From assembly GCA_965112155.1 (NCBI GenBank), contig OZ218100.1: a DNA stretch of 64,000 nt. One strand, given 5' to 3'. Below are positions 26,256 through 37,300 of the stretch, piece after piece (position 1 is the stretch's first letter; every line of letters starts with the position of its first letter). The notes beneath the pieces were generated by a model, which saw only the letters and a list, made by a program, of their open reading frames with translations, searched no databases and was not told the origin of the DNA. Made by a program: the position numbers and the translations under genes. This DNA comes from Podarcis liolepis. Taxonomy: Eukaryota.

Positions 26256-28027
26256 CACATGAATTCCTGGCTCCTGTCCGCTGTGGCCCAGCATGTCTGG
26301 TGGCCAGGGGTTATGGAAGCCATAGTCTAACAATATCTGGAAGGTCACAGACTCCCATCCCTGTTGTTGTCCAAGCCAGAGAGAAAAGAAAGTTAAAAAT
26401 CTCTTCCCTGTTTTGACTTATTAAAACACAAGAAAGCTGTTTCATTCCTCTGAGAGCGCCCCCTCATTAACATTGTGTGCTTGTTTTGAATTCAGACATT
26501 TGTAATGACTGCTGCCTCTGAGGTGGTTCTATACATAGCTGAATTGTGAGTCAATCAGAAGAATTTCTAAAGAATTCTTTACAAAGAAATTATGCCTCCT
26601 GTTTTTAGAAGTCTACCGAACTACTTCCATGTCTCTGTAGAAGGGCTGTTTCAATTTTACATTGCTGTTCTTAAATTTTTAAGAAGATGGTCCGGTTTTT
26701 TGAAATAATGCAGACTTATGCTTTGGGGCACTTTCCATCCACAGCCCCATTAATGTCCTAAATCAAGGAGGTATGGGGGAACCTCTGGACGCCTGGGCCT
26801 AATAAGGCCCACTAGGGGCCCTTATTTGGCCTGCTAGGCTGTTTCACTCAAGCCACGCCCACCTGTCCTACACCTGACATCATATGACATCAGTTGTGGG
26901 GCTGGTAAAGGCAGGGCTTAGATGAAATAGGTTTGCAGCCACCACTGATCAGCTGATCGGTGGTGCCTGCAAAGCCACATACACAGCACTTTTGAAGCAT
27001 TGACTTTAAACTCATTGACTTATAAACCAGAGAAGCGTGCTATAGGGGTCTGGCTTGTGGGCCAAGTTTGCCCACCCATCAAAATCAATTGCAGTCCGAT
27101 ATCTGATGCTTAAAAGTGGGAGGAGACTCACAAAGCCTTTCCTAAGTCTTCCTGTGTTTCCTTTTAAGCCCCCATAGTCCTGTTTGAGCCTCCAGAGTCT
27201 CAAACATGGGCATAAGGGCTCTCTTAAAGCTTTTGCAGAAGCCTCCTGTGCAAAAGCTGCTTCAAAGGTTGCTTTTGCACAGGGCTTCAAGCTCAGCCGG
27301 TGAATGGGGATGAAATTCTGCTGCTTTGGCTTAATGTGGAATTAACCCCTATTATCCTGCCCATCAGCTGATGTGGGCCTGTTTTGGGGAGAATGGCCTC
27401 ATTGCAGAGGTTCCCCACCCTTAGCATAGGGGTATGTGTATGTCTAAGGGGCATATGCAGGGAAAAGATGTCTCTCACCCACACTAGTCTAGAGCAATTT
27501 TCTTTTTAAAAAGAATCTGACTATAAATTGCTGAGTGTCCCATTAATGTTAACAGACTCACAGCATGCACCACTAATATTCTTCTGAGAAATATTATCCA
27601 TTAGCATTTTAATAAGACACCGCAGTGTAATTAAACCAGAGAACTTCGATTTATAAGCTACTGCAGGGCACGTTCAGCCTTTTCAGAGCCTGTTGATGTG
27701 ATAAATTTTATCAAGTGAAAGCTTGAGGAACCATGATGGCCTAGGTGAAGATTGATAGGGAAACCCGATAAACTGCAATGGCTGATGGCCTTAGGCTATG
27801 ACAGACTTTTTAAAAAAGGATTTCTACTGCAGAAGTATTATGCCAGAGGACACTTCCTAGCCTGTGGCACAGTTGTGGTGCTTCAGCACAACAGTTGATT
27901 TTGGACTTGGTGCTGCTCATGCCTGCAAGTTTATCGCAGTGCCCATATAACATTAACCTCAGAAAAATGCCAATTCAAAATCCCCCCCCCCATTTAATCA
28001 GGATTTACTGTTTTCCACGGGGTGGGG

Positions 28028-28031
<4 letters not shown>

Positions 28032-28080
<49 letters not shown>
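28032..28080. repeat. (GA)n microsatellite
   Basis: Seen directly. Confidence 0.95.
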
Positions 28081-28085
<5 letters not shown>

Positions 28086-28729
28086 TTGCTTATCAGATTT
28101 TCTGTGGAAATGTTAAATCTGGAGCAAAAGGGAAAATATTGGACAGTCTTTTTGATGAAGACAACATTGCATGGATGCTGCAAAGAACATACATTCATGC
28201 ATAAGCACCAGAGTCTGCAGTAAACTTCCCTGCAGAAGTGCCCTTGCATGCATGCGAATGCACACACTAGAGAAGTGGTTTGCCACCCCACGACTACTTA
28301 ACAATTGCTGAGGGTCTTGGTGGACCACTTAATGCAATTGCTACAAGCAGCAGAAAAATGATTGTGTTGTGCTAGACGCTGTATGGTTTGTATTGGTATT
28401 TTACTGCTGCTTTTATTTATTACATAGTGGACTTTATTGTAGAATTCAAACGGTGACATAGTAAAATACAATAAGAAATAAAAGCAGCAATAAAAATATA
28501 ATTAAAAAACCTATATGAATACGTAATCTGGTGTACCATCTCCTGGCTGCTTTCTCCAACTAGACTGGTAGTCCAGTAGGCACAAGTCTGGATCTAACCC
28601 ATAGTTGCCTGTAAGCAATAATGGGCCATGACTGCAGCCCAAACTTCAGCAAGTCTCAAATTAACACAATACAGATCAGATTAGCTAAATCAGCAAATAA
28701 GTGTTTCGGGGACCACTGGCATTAAGAAC

Positions 28730-28860
28730 CAGGGTGGGGAGCCTGTGGCCTTCCCAGTTATTGTTGGGCTACAACTCCCAATAGCCCTGGCCAGTGGTTG
28801 GGGATGATGGGAGTTTGTATTCCAGGACCTCCTGCAGGACCTCCAGTTTCCTCAGTGCTA
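28730..28860. mobile_element. Degenerate hAT-type MITE (family related to 18170)
   Basis: ctacaactccca...gatgatgggagtt core. Confidence 0.6.
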
Positions 28861-30276
28861 CTTTAGGATGAGACTGGAAATGATACCTTTGCAGTCTTGA
28901 AAATGACTTCAAATTGCATTTTGGCAACAGTTGTTGCAGTTTTAGGTTACATACAATGTCAACCTGTCTTCAGTATGAATCCTTCTGACTGACCCGTTTA
29001 TCATGCATTCATCCTAACTGGCTTGCAAAAAAGCTTAGTTGTTGGTTTGATTATAGCTGTTCTTTATTGAGCATTCATTCTGATTTCCTTGCCAGATGGT
29101 GACAATGAGCATTCGTACAACATACATCCAGATTTGCTTGCAGTGTGTTTACACGTCTGCATGTTAATGTTTTGTTCCATCTCACATTTCATATATTTAC
29201 CAATCGCTTTCCTAACTGCAAAACGTCTGATCCCCCTCCCCCAAACTCAAAACAATTTCTTGCATTAGGCCGACAGACTCCTTTTAACTGTGCAAAGCTA
29301 AAGTTCCAGTATGTGCTTGAATTATATTCCCACAAAAAAATGGCAGTCTGGAGGTGTCATACAACTGTTAGAAAGGACAGGAGGATCCAGCTGTTGCAAG
29401 AAAAGGGCTTATTGGGAGAAATTCCTCAATAATCTGTCTCTTAGATATCCCTTGCCTCTTGTGCTTCAGAGTCAGAAGGGCTGAAAAAAATGATGCAGTA
29501 ATTTTTGGCTTTTTAATTAGATGTTAAGCCAGTAAAGCAGTGTGAAAGCATGGCTTCTGTCTAGAAAAGAACTAGTTTTGCTTTTGAAGTTTTGCCACCT
29601 AAATGTCAGCCTACGATAGACTTCAAAGGGAAGTGTACCGTGTGACCTCTTCCTGCAGCAGCCCAATTGCCAAATTTCTGCAGCAGCTGGAAGTCTAAGA
29701 AGTTTAACAGCAAAAGAAAATCCAATTTATTTATCGGCTCGGTGCTTATTGGTAATAGCCTTAACTTACATATATATCAGAACTGTTTGGAACAAACTGA
29801 AGAGTCAGAGCTGGCTTTGCTGTAATGTTGTCACTGCGGGGGATCACAGCACAGGATCAAATCAGGACTGAGAGCCCCCAAAGGGATTTTTTTGGGGGGG
29901 CAGTTTTGTTCGTTCAACACCCTGGCCCAACTAGGGTCAGAGTTTCAATGATGAAAGAGCCAAAAAGGGAATGTTCTTGGAAGTAGTTGTGATCTAGTGA
30001 CCTAAACCCTCCCAGCTGCTCACCTGAACCCCAATCTGGGTGGACATATTTGTGAGCAGGTTTAAACTCACCCCTCACTTCCCCTTTTGTTCCAATGGCC
30101 AATTAAAGAAGTAACTTTACTGTTCTGAAACAAGGAACACACACTATGTTCCACAGGGAGCTTAGTTTAGAAACAGGGACAACCTTCTAATTCCCAGTCT
30201 TACAGGACTGGTAAAGTTACAGTGTAAAATGAGTACAACAGTCAAGCAAAATAGGTCAGTAGTTATAAAAACTATT

Positions 30277-30282
30277 TTTATT
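30277..30282 (-). terminator. Probable MED23 polyadenylation signal AATAAA (3' UTR about 0.95 kb)
   Basis: tttatt on + strand, followed on the minus strand by a U/GU-rich stretch (ctattttgcttgactgttgt). Confidence 0.65.
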
Positions 30283-31202
30283 AAACACTTTTTTCATTGT
30301 TATGAAATAAGAGCAGTATTTTACAAATCTTATCTTCACGAGCAGTTGAAACATTATCTGGTTAAAAATCTTTCTACCCCACCAACCTCAATACGCAAAA
30401 ATAAAACCTGAACAAAAGTTGTATAGTACAAGTCCAAAATAAAATGTAGTTATTACACAAATTCAAAACACAGGTGGCTGATTAAAACCACCACCACCAC
30501 TTCACATAAATATACTGGTTGTAAACCTGGAGGCCTGCTCATTTGTGATTTGGATAGACAGTGTTTTAATCACCATATTGTATCCCTGACTGCAGCAGGA
30601 TTGCTGGCGGAGTAAGACAGCACCAGCTAATTCTGGCACCATGGTCAGAAGTTGTTTGTGTCTGCCTTTTGCACCAACACTTCAACTAGTTTTCATAGAA
30701 AATCCAGCTAGCAGGTTTAATAGACTTGGCTTTAAGCCAACAGGATCTCAGCAGCTTAAGCTTAGCTTATTCTTCCTTATGAGGGTTGCAGCCTTTATAT
30801 TTGCCCAAGCGTCATCATTTTCCAAAGCTGAAAAAAAGCACAAAATGTTAACTGTTGCCGGTGTAAACATATCTATGCTACCAAAAACAGAAGTTAACCA
30901 CTGGCAAGAAAAATGAGACATGAGCAAAGAAAACAAGGCCAACAATGGGCAGTGTTGTTGTTTAAAGCAGCTGGGTATTTGTAGAGCCACGTTGCTTGCT
31001 GAACTTAAGGAGTTCCTTTGATTTGGAAAAGGGCAGCAGCGCACATATGTAGAATATGTAGGTCCTCCGATGCATTAAAAGGAAGAATGTAATGGGAACT
31101 TTCCTGCACCCAGCTCTTCTCAAATGAAATTCATGCTGGGTGCTGCTTCATCTGGGTCCATGTTGGATGTCCTTGGCAGAGACAGTAGTTTAGTGTCTCT
31201 CT

Positions 31203-31373
31203 CTATTGTGTCACTGGCAAGGCCACGTTCACGGGGACCTGGCTAGGCTGAGGTGCTGGAGACACATTGCTTATGGGTTGCTGAGGAACAGTTGCAGACT
31301 CCATCTTGCTGATGTGTATGAAGCGCAGACGAAGCTTCAAAGCAGGCCTCAGGTTGCAAATAATCTTTTCAAC
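31203..31373 (-). CDS. MED23: MED23 last coding exon VEKIICNLRPALKLRLRF...VALPVTQ-stop
   Basis: AG acceptor; TAG stop at 31203-31205 on the minus strand. Confidence 0.95.
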   Translation of the reverse strand, partial: VEKIICNLRPALKLRLRFIHISKMESATVPQQPISNVSPAPQPSQVPVNVALPVTQ

Positions 31374-34300
31374 CTTTAACGAAAGCCAAAGGAAAATAAA
31401 AAGTGGTTAGAATGCAATAAAGGGCTGGTCCATTTATATATAATGCTATCACCAGCAGTCAGCTAACTTGCGGTAAAGCAAGCCAGCGGAGATTGGCTGG
31501 GCCATGGTGAATGCATGGTGCAGCTGATCCCAGTAGAAAGCGGAGATTAAAATCGGCTTCTATCAGCTCCATGGGTATGACCTCACTAAGGAGTTTCCCA
31601 TGGGAAGCTTCACGGTCAGCATATTCTTGAAGGTGCTTGCAAAGAGCGCTTTTGGCATTTTGAAGTGGCAAAGAACAGCTGATCAGCAGGGCTTCAAAGC
31701 AGTGCGCAGGGCTCTTTGCAAGCCTGGGTTGTGCATTGAAATCTTGATGTTCATGCAGACTTTAAAGCACCCCATTACCTGATGTTTCCGTAACATCAGG
31801 TGACTGATAGGTGGTCAGCACTGCCCACCTGCCAAATGTGGCCTGCTGGTTTAAAGTCTAAAATAAAAATTTAAAGGTCTTCATTTAGCTTCACAATGCT
31901 TACAGAAGAACACTTGTTAATTGAATCAGGATAACAGATTTCTTTTATATACAGGTTTTAATTGGCTCACTAATGGCAGGATGTCTATTGCAAAAAAATC
32001 TGTTTTTTTGTGAATGGCCACCGTTAATAACGTAATTAACACCATCTCTACTGTTCTGCATTTCATTTCTCATTTCACTGTTTATAATTCTAACTACCCC
32101 CATGTTATTGCATCTGACAAAGAGGACTCAAGATTCTTTATTAGTTTTAAACAGTTTTTATGCTATTTTCGTTGACTCACTTCAAAATTTAAAATAGAAA
32201 ACATAATTCTAGTATGTAAGATTTCTTAACCGACATTTTCCCATAATACAGAGATATTACTACTACAAAAGATAAAAAAGAAAAACAGAAGAATGAAAGA
32301 GAGGGACAATAGAAATAAAGAAAGGAAAGAGAAAGAGAAAATAAAGCAAAAGAAGAGAGACTTGGCAAAAAATACAAAAGAGGAACGTCCGGTTTCCCAT
32401 CACTTACTTGGTCTTTTACACTGTCTCCAGTAAACATGTACTTCACATGATACAGGAAATCACATATCGGATCCATGTAGTTGAGATGTGTGTTGCATTG
32501 GTCCACTTCCAGAAGCATTTCATAAAAAGCTACTCCAATCTATTGCCACACAAACAAAAACTGTACTGAATATGCATGGTATTGGTGAGCTGAGGATGGC
32601 GAGCAGTGCAAGCAGGGGCCTACGGTTCAGTGGTTCTCAAACTTTTTTCTCTGGGTCAAGCTTTCAGAATAAAAATTTGCTCGCAACAAGCCTAAAAATT
32701 TTCATGGATAAAAAATTCATTGGAAAACAAAAAGAAACAACTAGCAGTGCTAGATTTGTAACACGTCTACTTTATAATAGGTAAAGGACCCCTGGGCGGT
32801 TAAGTCCAGTCAAAGGCGACTATGGGGTGCGGCACTCTTTCACTTTCAGGCCAAGGGAGCCAGCATTTCTTCACAGACAGCTTTCCAGGTCATGTGGCCA
32901 GCATGACTAAACAGCTTCTAGCACAACAGAACACTGTGACAGAAACCAGAGCGCGTGGAAACACTGTTTACCTTCCTGCTGGAGTGGTACCTATTTATCT
33001 ACTTGCACTGGTGTGCTTTCAAACTGCTAGGTTGGCAGGAGCTGGGACAGAGCAACAGGAGCTCACCCCGTCGTGGCAAGCCCAAGAGGCTCAATGGTTT
33101 AGACCACAGTGCCACCCACACCCCCACTTTATACTTTTTGGATGCCCCATGATCATATTATAAACAATGTAGCTATGTAAGAACGTGAATCATTCCCAAA
33201 ATATAATATTGATTGTCCTTGAATCTTCCCACCACAGTGGCGCATGACACACTTTGAGAACCACTGCAGATCTTGTAAAAGTTTATTAAAAACAACAGAT
33301 CACATTCTTTCAATTTAAAATAAAGTGGCCTGAATCTTGCATACAGATATACTACTGAAGCATTCTGCAAACGGACTAAGCTTTGACGATGAGAGGTAAT
33401 GGGATAGACAACTGTATATAGTTTAGTGGATATGTGTTTGCCGGATACACTGGTGTTCTGTGGTCTACCAAAGAACCACAAGGACATTTCTGGTGGAGAT
33501 TTTTTAAAATTATCTTTATCTAAATTTGGGACTTCTTTTGTTTAAGATGAACTCATCAATCTATAGCCATATGGGGGTTTCAGAGCTGGCAAATGAAAAT
33601 TGGTGGCGCCATGGCAGTAACCCTCACTTCTAGGAGAAGAACTCAGGAATTTTTATTCTTCAAAGATGACAGGAAAAATAGCAGAGAAAAAGCTAATTAT
33701 GCACTTTTCATATCTCTTGCTCTGCCTGGCTTACTACAGAAAGCAGAGTTTAAAAGGCACAGATGTTCCTTCCTGTCTTCAAAGACAGAGCTTGAAGTCA
33801 GCTTTGTTTAGCTACTTATGGCATAAGCATAATTAATTTTAGGATACTGAAAATGTCCTGGAGAGTTTATTTTAAAACTCCTTTGTTGTGCTTGAAGAGA
33901 CAAGCTGATGAATACTGTAATTTGCTTTCTGCTGTGATTGAATGCAAAGTCCATATAATTTGAGGCTGTGCCTGTGGTGATTTCGGGAGAACTGGGCTGT
34001 GTTTCTTTCAACAAACTGACAAAAGCAAATGGGCAGCAAAGAAAAGGAAAATACGCAAAAGATTTTGTAAGATATTCCAAAATTATATAATTATGTGATA
34101 TATGTTCTCTTGCACCTATGACTGTGGCAGGGATATATTAAACCTCCAACTAACTTGCTTCACTGCAAATGTTATATTGGAAGTCCTCCAAAGGGGACAA
34201 TGAAAGATATACAAACTATCTTTTCGTTGAACTAATTTTGTTGGAAGGATAGGAGAGCAAGGTTAATGTTTGCATGGAAAGCCTCACCAGAAAGGCAGTA

Positions 34301-37300
34301 TTTAGCAAAGTCCAAAAGCTTGCTGTCCTACTCTTCTGATGCAGCAATTTCTCTTGATCTCACATACCTCTAGCATGCATCTTGTCCTCTCCTGCTGGAA
34401 CCGCTGTAGGAATGGACCAACCAGGTGGTACACATAGAGTAACTGAAATTCCGTCTTTACTACTGGTATCAATACTTCAGTGAGAAACCTGTAATATTTT
34501 AGAAATTATATTAAGTTAGTGCTTTTATTAGCTTTTTGTTTTATATTTTATACCCTGAAATTTACCAAATTCTGTTAACAGGCAAGTGCCGCTAATAACA
34601 TTAAGATGCATACAATCAAATATTCTGACACACACTTAACAGAGGACATTTACCTATCAGCTATGTCTTATGGCTATATGTGGGCTTTATATACATGCAG
34701 CACATTTTAATTGGCTGAAAATAATATTCAGAGATCATAGAGTATGCCTGTCATGGTGGGAGTCAGGTCAGCGAAAAAGGAAGCATATCTTTGTTGTCAG
34801 TGAAGTTAACTCTTTACTCAAGGAACTGAACATACTTGTTCTCAGCAACACTCCCCAGTAGGTCTTGCTCCTATGAAGCAGTTGCCAGGACTGAAGGTCC
34901 CTGCTTTCACCAGCTCTAAGGCTGCTCCTCAGGTATTTCCCAAGCAGTCTCAAACTGTGTCTGGGCACCTCTGTTCTGCTCTTCTCATTACTTTGCAAGT
35001 TCTTGGAGACCAGGTGAGAGGGGAGCTTGTTGCAGCAGAAGAGGGAGACACTGTGTTCTTCAACAGTCCCTTGACACCCCCTCCTGCTCCAGCCTCAGAG
35101 TCTGAGCTGCTTCCTGTCCCGGGCTCTTCCTGCTCACTAAACCCTGTTGTCCCATCAGCATCTGAAACCTCCCCCCTCCAATCCATTCCCTCCGACTACT
35201 CCTCTGTGTCCCACCATCAATCCTCTGGCTCTGAGCCTTCCTCCTCTGGGGTTTCCCCAGCTTGTGCCTCCCACCACTCCTCTTCATCCAGCCAATCCAT
35301 GACACCTACTTTGGAATGAGGGAAAGTTGGCCAATGCTTGAATGGTGCCAGACCGCATGTGCCAATGCCAGAGTGTAGCTACAGCACATCTCGGAGTAAG
35401 ACTGATGGCAAGCTGTGAAGTCAAACAGCTGGAATGGGTAACCAACCCATTCGGTCTCCGAAGTCAAGCTAGGACTGTTGATAACACTCACAATCCGTTC
35501 GTGAAGGACAATCCAGTAGGGCTCCTGGGAAAAGAGAGCCAAAGCAACTTCAAATCATCAAGACATTGTGGCCCAATTCTAATGTTTTAGGAGCAACGTG
35601 ATTGCCACTCTCTTCTGGCTCCACCCTACACCACATTGTTGTAGCATGGGAATGTAAAAAACACAAGCCCATGTGTGGAGAACCATGTTTGCATCAAATG
35701 GCAACTTAAGTTACTGCTGCAGGAAACTGAGTTTTAATAACAAACATTTAAGAGTTCTTAAAATAGCAACCCCAAGCAATTTCTACACTGCTCAAGGTGT
35801 CCAATTTTCTGAATTGCTTCAGATGCACCACACTCGGTCTTTGATTCTTCACATCCAAATTCCGTTGAACAAACTTACAGTCACAACTAAGAAAAATGAA
35901 GAACGCTACCCTAACTTCCGTATTATACTTCTTGTACAGGGGTTGATGTTTTAGCATGCTTTCTCTTCACTTAAATCAGAATTCAAAATGCAAGATGACT
36001 TACAGGTAACGCAGTGATGATGAGTCCAATTGCGTTCATCCAAGCTGTGATATTGTCTCTGGGCACTAAAGGCTGACTATAAGAAACGAAGGGGGAGAGA
36101 GACACATGACTCTTTTATTTAATATTTTGGCAAAGGCACTTTAAAGGAATTGATACATTGAAATCAACTAAATATGGTTAGCTCAGTTGGTTAGCGCGTG
36201 ATGCTGATAACGCTAAGGCTGCAGACTAGACAATCCTCAGGGTTCCTTCCAGCTCCCCAATTCTGTGATTTGGTTCCTGGGAATCTTTCCATTTTGACAG
36301 ATTATAATAGACAATATTTTGCAATATGTTAACAGGCCCCTAACTTCACAACAGTGTCCCCCACCCCCACCTTTCAGAAAGTTTCACATACCTTTTCAGC
36401 ACAACATTGAGGAGGGCATTGCCCACATCCTTTCCTGGCACAGTCAATGCCATGAGTTCGACACAGGTAACATGGAGAGCGTGGGCAGCTGGGTTGGGAA
36501 ATTCATTGAACCTCCAGTCACAGTTTGGGAATGGGCTAGAGGATTTGCCAGCCATCGGTGACAGCGATTAAGGTAAATGAACAGTTATAGAAACTAGGAA
36601 GCAGCCATTAGAACAAGAAGTTAGCATCCTATCAGGAGCATCACAGTTAGAGTATGATGCGTTGTACACTTTGTGTTTTTCACCAAATAATGCAATGCAG
36701 TGTATTAGAAATTCTGAGCTGGTTTCCCCAGTTCAAGGGACTAAAGGTAGTTTGTTAAGAAAATGACTGGTCCTGTGATCTTTTGGATTTATAAATTTGA
36801 CTTAGGCTGAAATTCCAAGTGTGCTTATTTATTTAACAAAAATTATGTACTGCTTGGCTGTAAAGAAAACATATTAAGTGGTTTACAAGAAATATTAAAA
36901 ATGTCAATTGAGCAAAGGAAAATAATTAGAAAGAAACCAGTCTGGCTCAACTCAGTGGGGTTTACTTCTGGTGAACCTGCCAATGCTTGGGATGACAGCT
37001 ACACATATTTAACACACAAAAAGAGTTAAAAACAGGTATGTTCTACTTATTTTGCAGTAGTAATTTGATAAAAATCTGTGGGCGGGCTGAAGCACGAGAA
37101 AATGGCACCAGAGCATAGCCATTTACCAATTCATTATAATGAGAATAGTTCTTTGGATGCAGCCTGATATTTCACATTTTTTCCTTTTTTTATATAAAAA
37201 AAGGATATTGTCAACCAGTCTTGCAATCAATTTGCAATAATAAATATCTTCAGGAATCCACAGGTTATCTTCTCGTGCATTCATACCACATTTGAGGTAA

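Noticed and set aside
25877-26416. 179-aa + strand ORF
   Set aside because: Antisense to the L1 fragment and crosses TE junctions.
29372-29430. ARG1 exon-2-like peptide GQEDPAVARKGLI (versus GVEEGPTVLRKAGLL)
   Set aside because: Needs indels, the acceptor spacing is wrong and there is no donor. Worth rechecking by alignment but not supportable by eye.
29700-30050. Short ARG1-like matches: KENPIYLS after an AG at about 29711, AGDHS at about 29836, IWVD at about 30034
   Set aside because: Each is only 4-8 residues, the order is inconsistent with ARG1 exon order, and none extends. This is chance level for a 5-kb search space.
34873-35319. 148-aa Ser/Pro-rich ORF
   Set aside because: Lies within the LTR-like repeat, antisense to MED23; low complexity.
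36176-36270. tRNA-Ile gene
   Set aside because: Lacks the T arm and acceptor 3' strand and continues into a CR1-like tail, so it is a SINE remnant.
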